A DNA stretch of 38,155 bases from an uncultured Helicobacter sp. (GTDB lineage: Bacteria; Campylobacterota; Campylobacteria; Campylobacterales; Arcobacteraceae): assembly GCA_964533335.1 (NCBI GenBank), contig CAZHJR010000007.1:1-38155 (forward strand), in the 5' to 3' direction. Shown piece by piece: positions 36,147 to 38,155 of this stretch (within the stretch, counting starts at the first letter, position 1; each line of letters opens with the position of its first letter). The notes under the pieces are model-generated. The model was not told the DNA's origin. It ran no database searches and saw only the letters and a list, made by a program, of their open reading frames with translations. Both the position numbers and the translations under genes were made by a program.

Positions 36147-38009
36147 CTATTTACCTAAAAACTCTTTTTTATTTGCATTATCAACAAGTTCATTAGCTAG
36201 CTTAGAAGTTGCAAGTGCTATATCTTGTGTTTTACTTGCTATATTCGCATTTTGACGAGTTTTTTGGTCTAAAATTTCAACAGTTTGATTTATTTTTACA
36301 ATTCCAGAATGTTGCTTGTGGGAATCTATATTGACATTTTCTATTAAACTAATAGTCTGTTCTATATGTCCATTAAGTCCTTCATATCCAACTATCATCT
36401 CTCCTGCTATCTCTTTTCCTTCGATTGATTTATTTGTAGCAATTTCAACTAAATTTTTTATCTCTTTTGCTGCATCACTACTTCTATTTGCTAGATTTCT
36501 CACTTCCCCAGCAACAACTGCAAAACCTTTTCCAGCCTCTCCCGCTGTTGCAGCTTCAACTGCTGCATTTAAACTTAAAATATTTGTTTGAAATGCTATC
36601 TGATCAATAATTGTAATCGCTTGATTTATCGATGCTACCTGAGCAGCAATATCATCCATCGCATTAGCTGTTCTTCCAGCTAGTCCTTGACCATCTTTTG
36701 CTGAATTTGTAACCATATTTGATAAATTAGCAATTTGTGATATTTTCGAAGTTGTACTTGCCACAATATCTGTAAGTTCTTTGAGAGCAACTGTTGTATT
36801 GTCAAGCTTGACAGCTGTATCGCTTGAAGATTCTTGGAGTGTATTTATATTATCTAACAGTGATTTTGCAGAGTTTTGCAAAGTAACACCTGTCATTTTA
36901 TTTTCTACCAACATCTTAGTCAATGTAGTATGAAGTGTATTAAGTCCCAAAACAAGCTTTTCAAAAACTCCATCTCTTTCATCATTAGGGTCTAATTGTA
37001 AAGTTTGCATATAATTATTTTTTGCATATTGTTCAAGTATGATATTTATTTTCGAAAATCTATTATAGGTATTTTGTATCATCCTATTGACATTCTCTTT
37101 AAACTCTTCAAGTGATCTATTTGATGTCTTTGCTTCAATAAATTGGCTATACCAACCGTTACCAACTCGTGCAATCACTTTTTTTGCCTCGTTAATAAGC
37201 TCATTATCCTCTTTAATAGTTTGCTCAATTTGTTTCATATTGTCATTTAAAACTTGTGACATCTTCGCAATTTCATCAGATGAATTAATAACTATTGGTT
37301 CTATAGATTGTTTTTCCCTATTGAGATATGCAAAAAACGAGATTAACCCTTTTTCAAAATTTTCTAGTGGAGTGGAAATATATCTTTTGCTTGCTATAAA
37401 AATAAATCCCATAACAACCACAAAGAGAGCAATAGCCATCATCCATAAAAATTGAATAATATTATCAATCTTCTTTTGCTCTTCAGTTATATCAATTGTT
37501 ATACTTGTTGCACCTAAAACATCTCCCTCTTTGACAGCATGGCAACTTGTACAATCAGTACCTCGAAAATTTTTTGAAGCTTTATAAGGATAGACAATTC
37601 TAATAGTGTTTTTCTCACCATCCATCTCATTTTTAATAATCATCTTCCCACTTGATAAAACTTCTTTATCTATAGCATCTTTTGGTGCTTCTGCAGGAAT
37701 CCCACTTCCATATTGACTTACAACATGAGAAGAACGAAATACCCTAAAATCTAAGACATCTTCACTTGCTTTTGTTTTATCATAAAACAATTGTCTGTTC
37801 GCTTCATCTCCTATAATTCCTGTCAACATAAACATATTAAGAGTGTTTAGTGACATTACCGCAATCTCTTGTGCTTTTTGTGTAGTTGTTTCTTCCATCT
37901 GTTTTTTAAACTTACCATGTAACCACATCACTGCGATAACCGAAGTAACAAATAAAATGATCCCAATAATTGTTTGTATTTTGAACCCTATAGTAATCCG
38001 ACTTTTCAT
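36147..38009 (-). CDS. methyl-accepting chemotaxis protein with periplasmic CxxCH (c-type heme) sensor domain
   Basis: 620 aa from ATG 38009 (GGAG SD 6 nt upstream; the ORF extends to TTG 38021). TM1, an about 150-aa periplasmic domain ending [10 protein letters not shown] (CTSCH = 37539-37553), TM2, a HAMP-like segment, and a conserved MCP hairpin ([27 protein letters not shown]). Confidence 0.88.
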   Translation of the reverse strand: MKSRITIGFKIQTIIGIILFVTSVIAVMWLHGKFKKQMEETTTQKAQEIAVMSLNTLNMFMLTGIIGDEANRQLFYDKTKASEDVLDFRVFRSSHVVSQYGSGIPAEAPKDAIDKEVLSSGKMIIKNEMDGEKNTIRIVYPYKASKNFRGTDCTSCHAVKEGDVLGATSITIDITEEQKKIDNIIQFLWMMAIALFVVVMGFIFIASKRYISTPLENFEKGLISFFAYLNREKQSIEPIVINSSDEIAKMSQVLNDNMKQIEQTIKEDNELINEAKKVIARVGNGWYSQFIEAKTSNRSLEEFKENVNRMIQNTYNRFSKINIILEQYAKNNYMQTLQLDPNDERDGVFEKLVLGLNTLHTTLTKMLVENKMTGVTLQNSAKSLLDNINTLQESSSDTAVKLDNTTVALKELTDIVASTTSKISQIANLSNMVTNSAKDGQGLAGRTANAMDDIAAQVASINQAITIIDQIAFQTNILSLNAAVEAATAGEAGKGFAVVAGEVRNLANRSSDAAKEIKNLVEIATNKSIEGKEIAGEMIVGYEGLNGHIEQTISLIENVNIDSHKQHSGIVKINQTVEILDQKTRQNANIASKTQDIALATSKLANELVDNANKKEFLGK

Positions 38010-38155
38010 CTTATTCTCCAAAATATTCTTATTATAAAAAGTTATGATATAGAAATTATCATTAAATCTAACCCTTATAAATAAACTATATTATCTCTAC
38101 TTTTTTTCTATTCCAAAATATTGTGATCTCAAAGTTAAATCTGTAATGGCTATTT

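Noticed and set aside
38010-38021. N-terminal extensions from non-ATG starts in the ORF track: MCP TTG 38021, rpsF TTG 22444, ispB TTG 34683, REC-EAL GTG 29897, coaX GTG 25622, SBP TTG 10744
   Set aside because: In most of these cases an in-frame ATG a few codons downstream has a better-placed SD (for example GGAG 6 nt before ATG 38009). For coaX and the SBP neither candidate start has a clear SD, so the ATG was simply preferred. Starts were trimmed accordingly. TTG/GTG starts were kept only where an SD supports them and no ATG alternative exists (ispDF, the methyltransferase at 24350, ctpA, the RDD protein).

Overview
This is an AT-rich (about 30% GC by eye) 38-kb stretch of conserved core chromosome. 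Gene content and synteny point to a Campylobacterota (epsilonproteobacterial) genome of the Arcobacter type. About 45 genes are tightly packed, many joined by overlapping stop/start codons. They include dapF-coaE-speE-like, ispDF-atypical regulator-pgpA, a bioC-like gene, secG-frr-pyrE, truC, rplM-rpsI, dprA, ilvC, and rnr-(PAS kinase)-holA followed by rpsF-ssb-rpsR. The rest include hisG-coaX, ctpA, purC/purS/purQ, plsC and ispB. Signalling genes are unusually dense: two HxWRQPL-type histidine kinases with no adjacent response regulator, a ModA-like binding protein next to one kinase, a REC-PAS-degenerate GGDEF-EAL protein splitting purC from purS, and a chemoreceptor with a periplasmic CxxCH heme motif. 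I saw no rRNA, tRNA, CRISPR, transposase, integrase or phage genes. I do not see a self-contained defence island or an obvious novel multi-gene system. The most striking raw-sequence feature is a 45-nt direct repeat at the ispDF/regulator junction. It creates a 21-codon decoy uORF and a start-codon-occluding hairpin. Other candidates worth follow-up are a conserved YfgM-like / BamB-like lipoprotein / 110-aa operon whose small protein may have a PD-(D/E)XK-like fold, the binding-protein-plus-kinase pair, and the heme-motif chemoreceptor. All functional calls come from reading motifs by eye. No database search was run, and locus tags quoted from other species are from memory.
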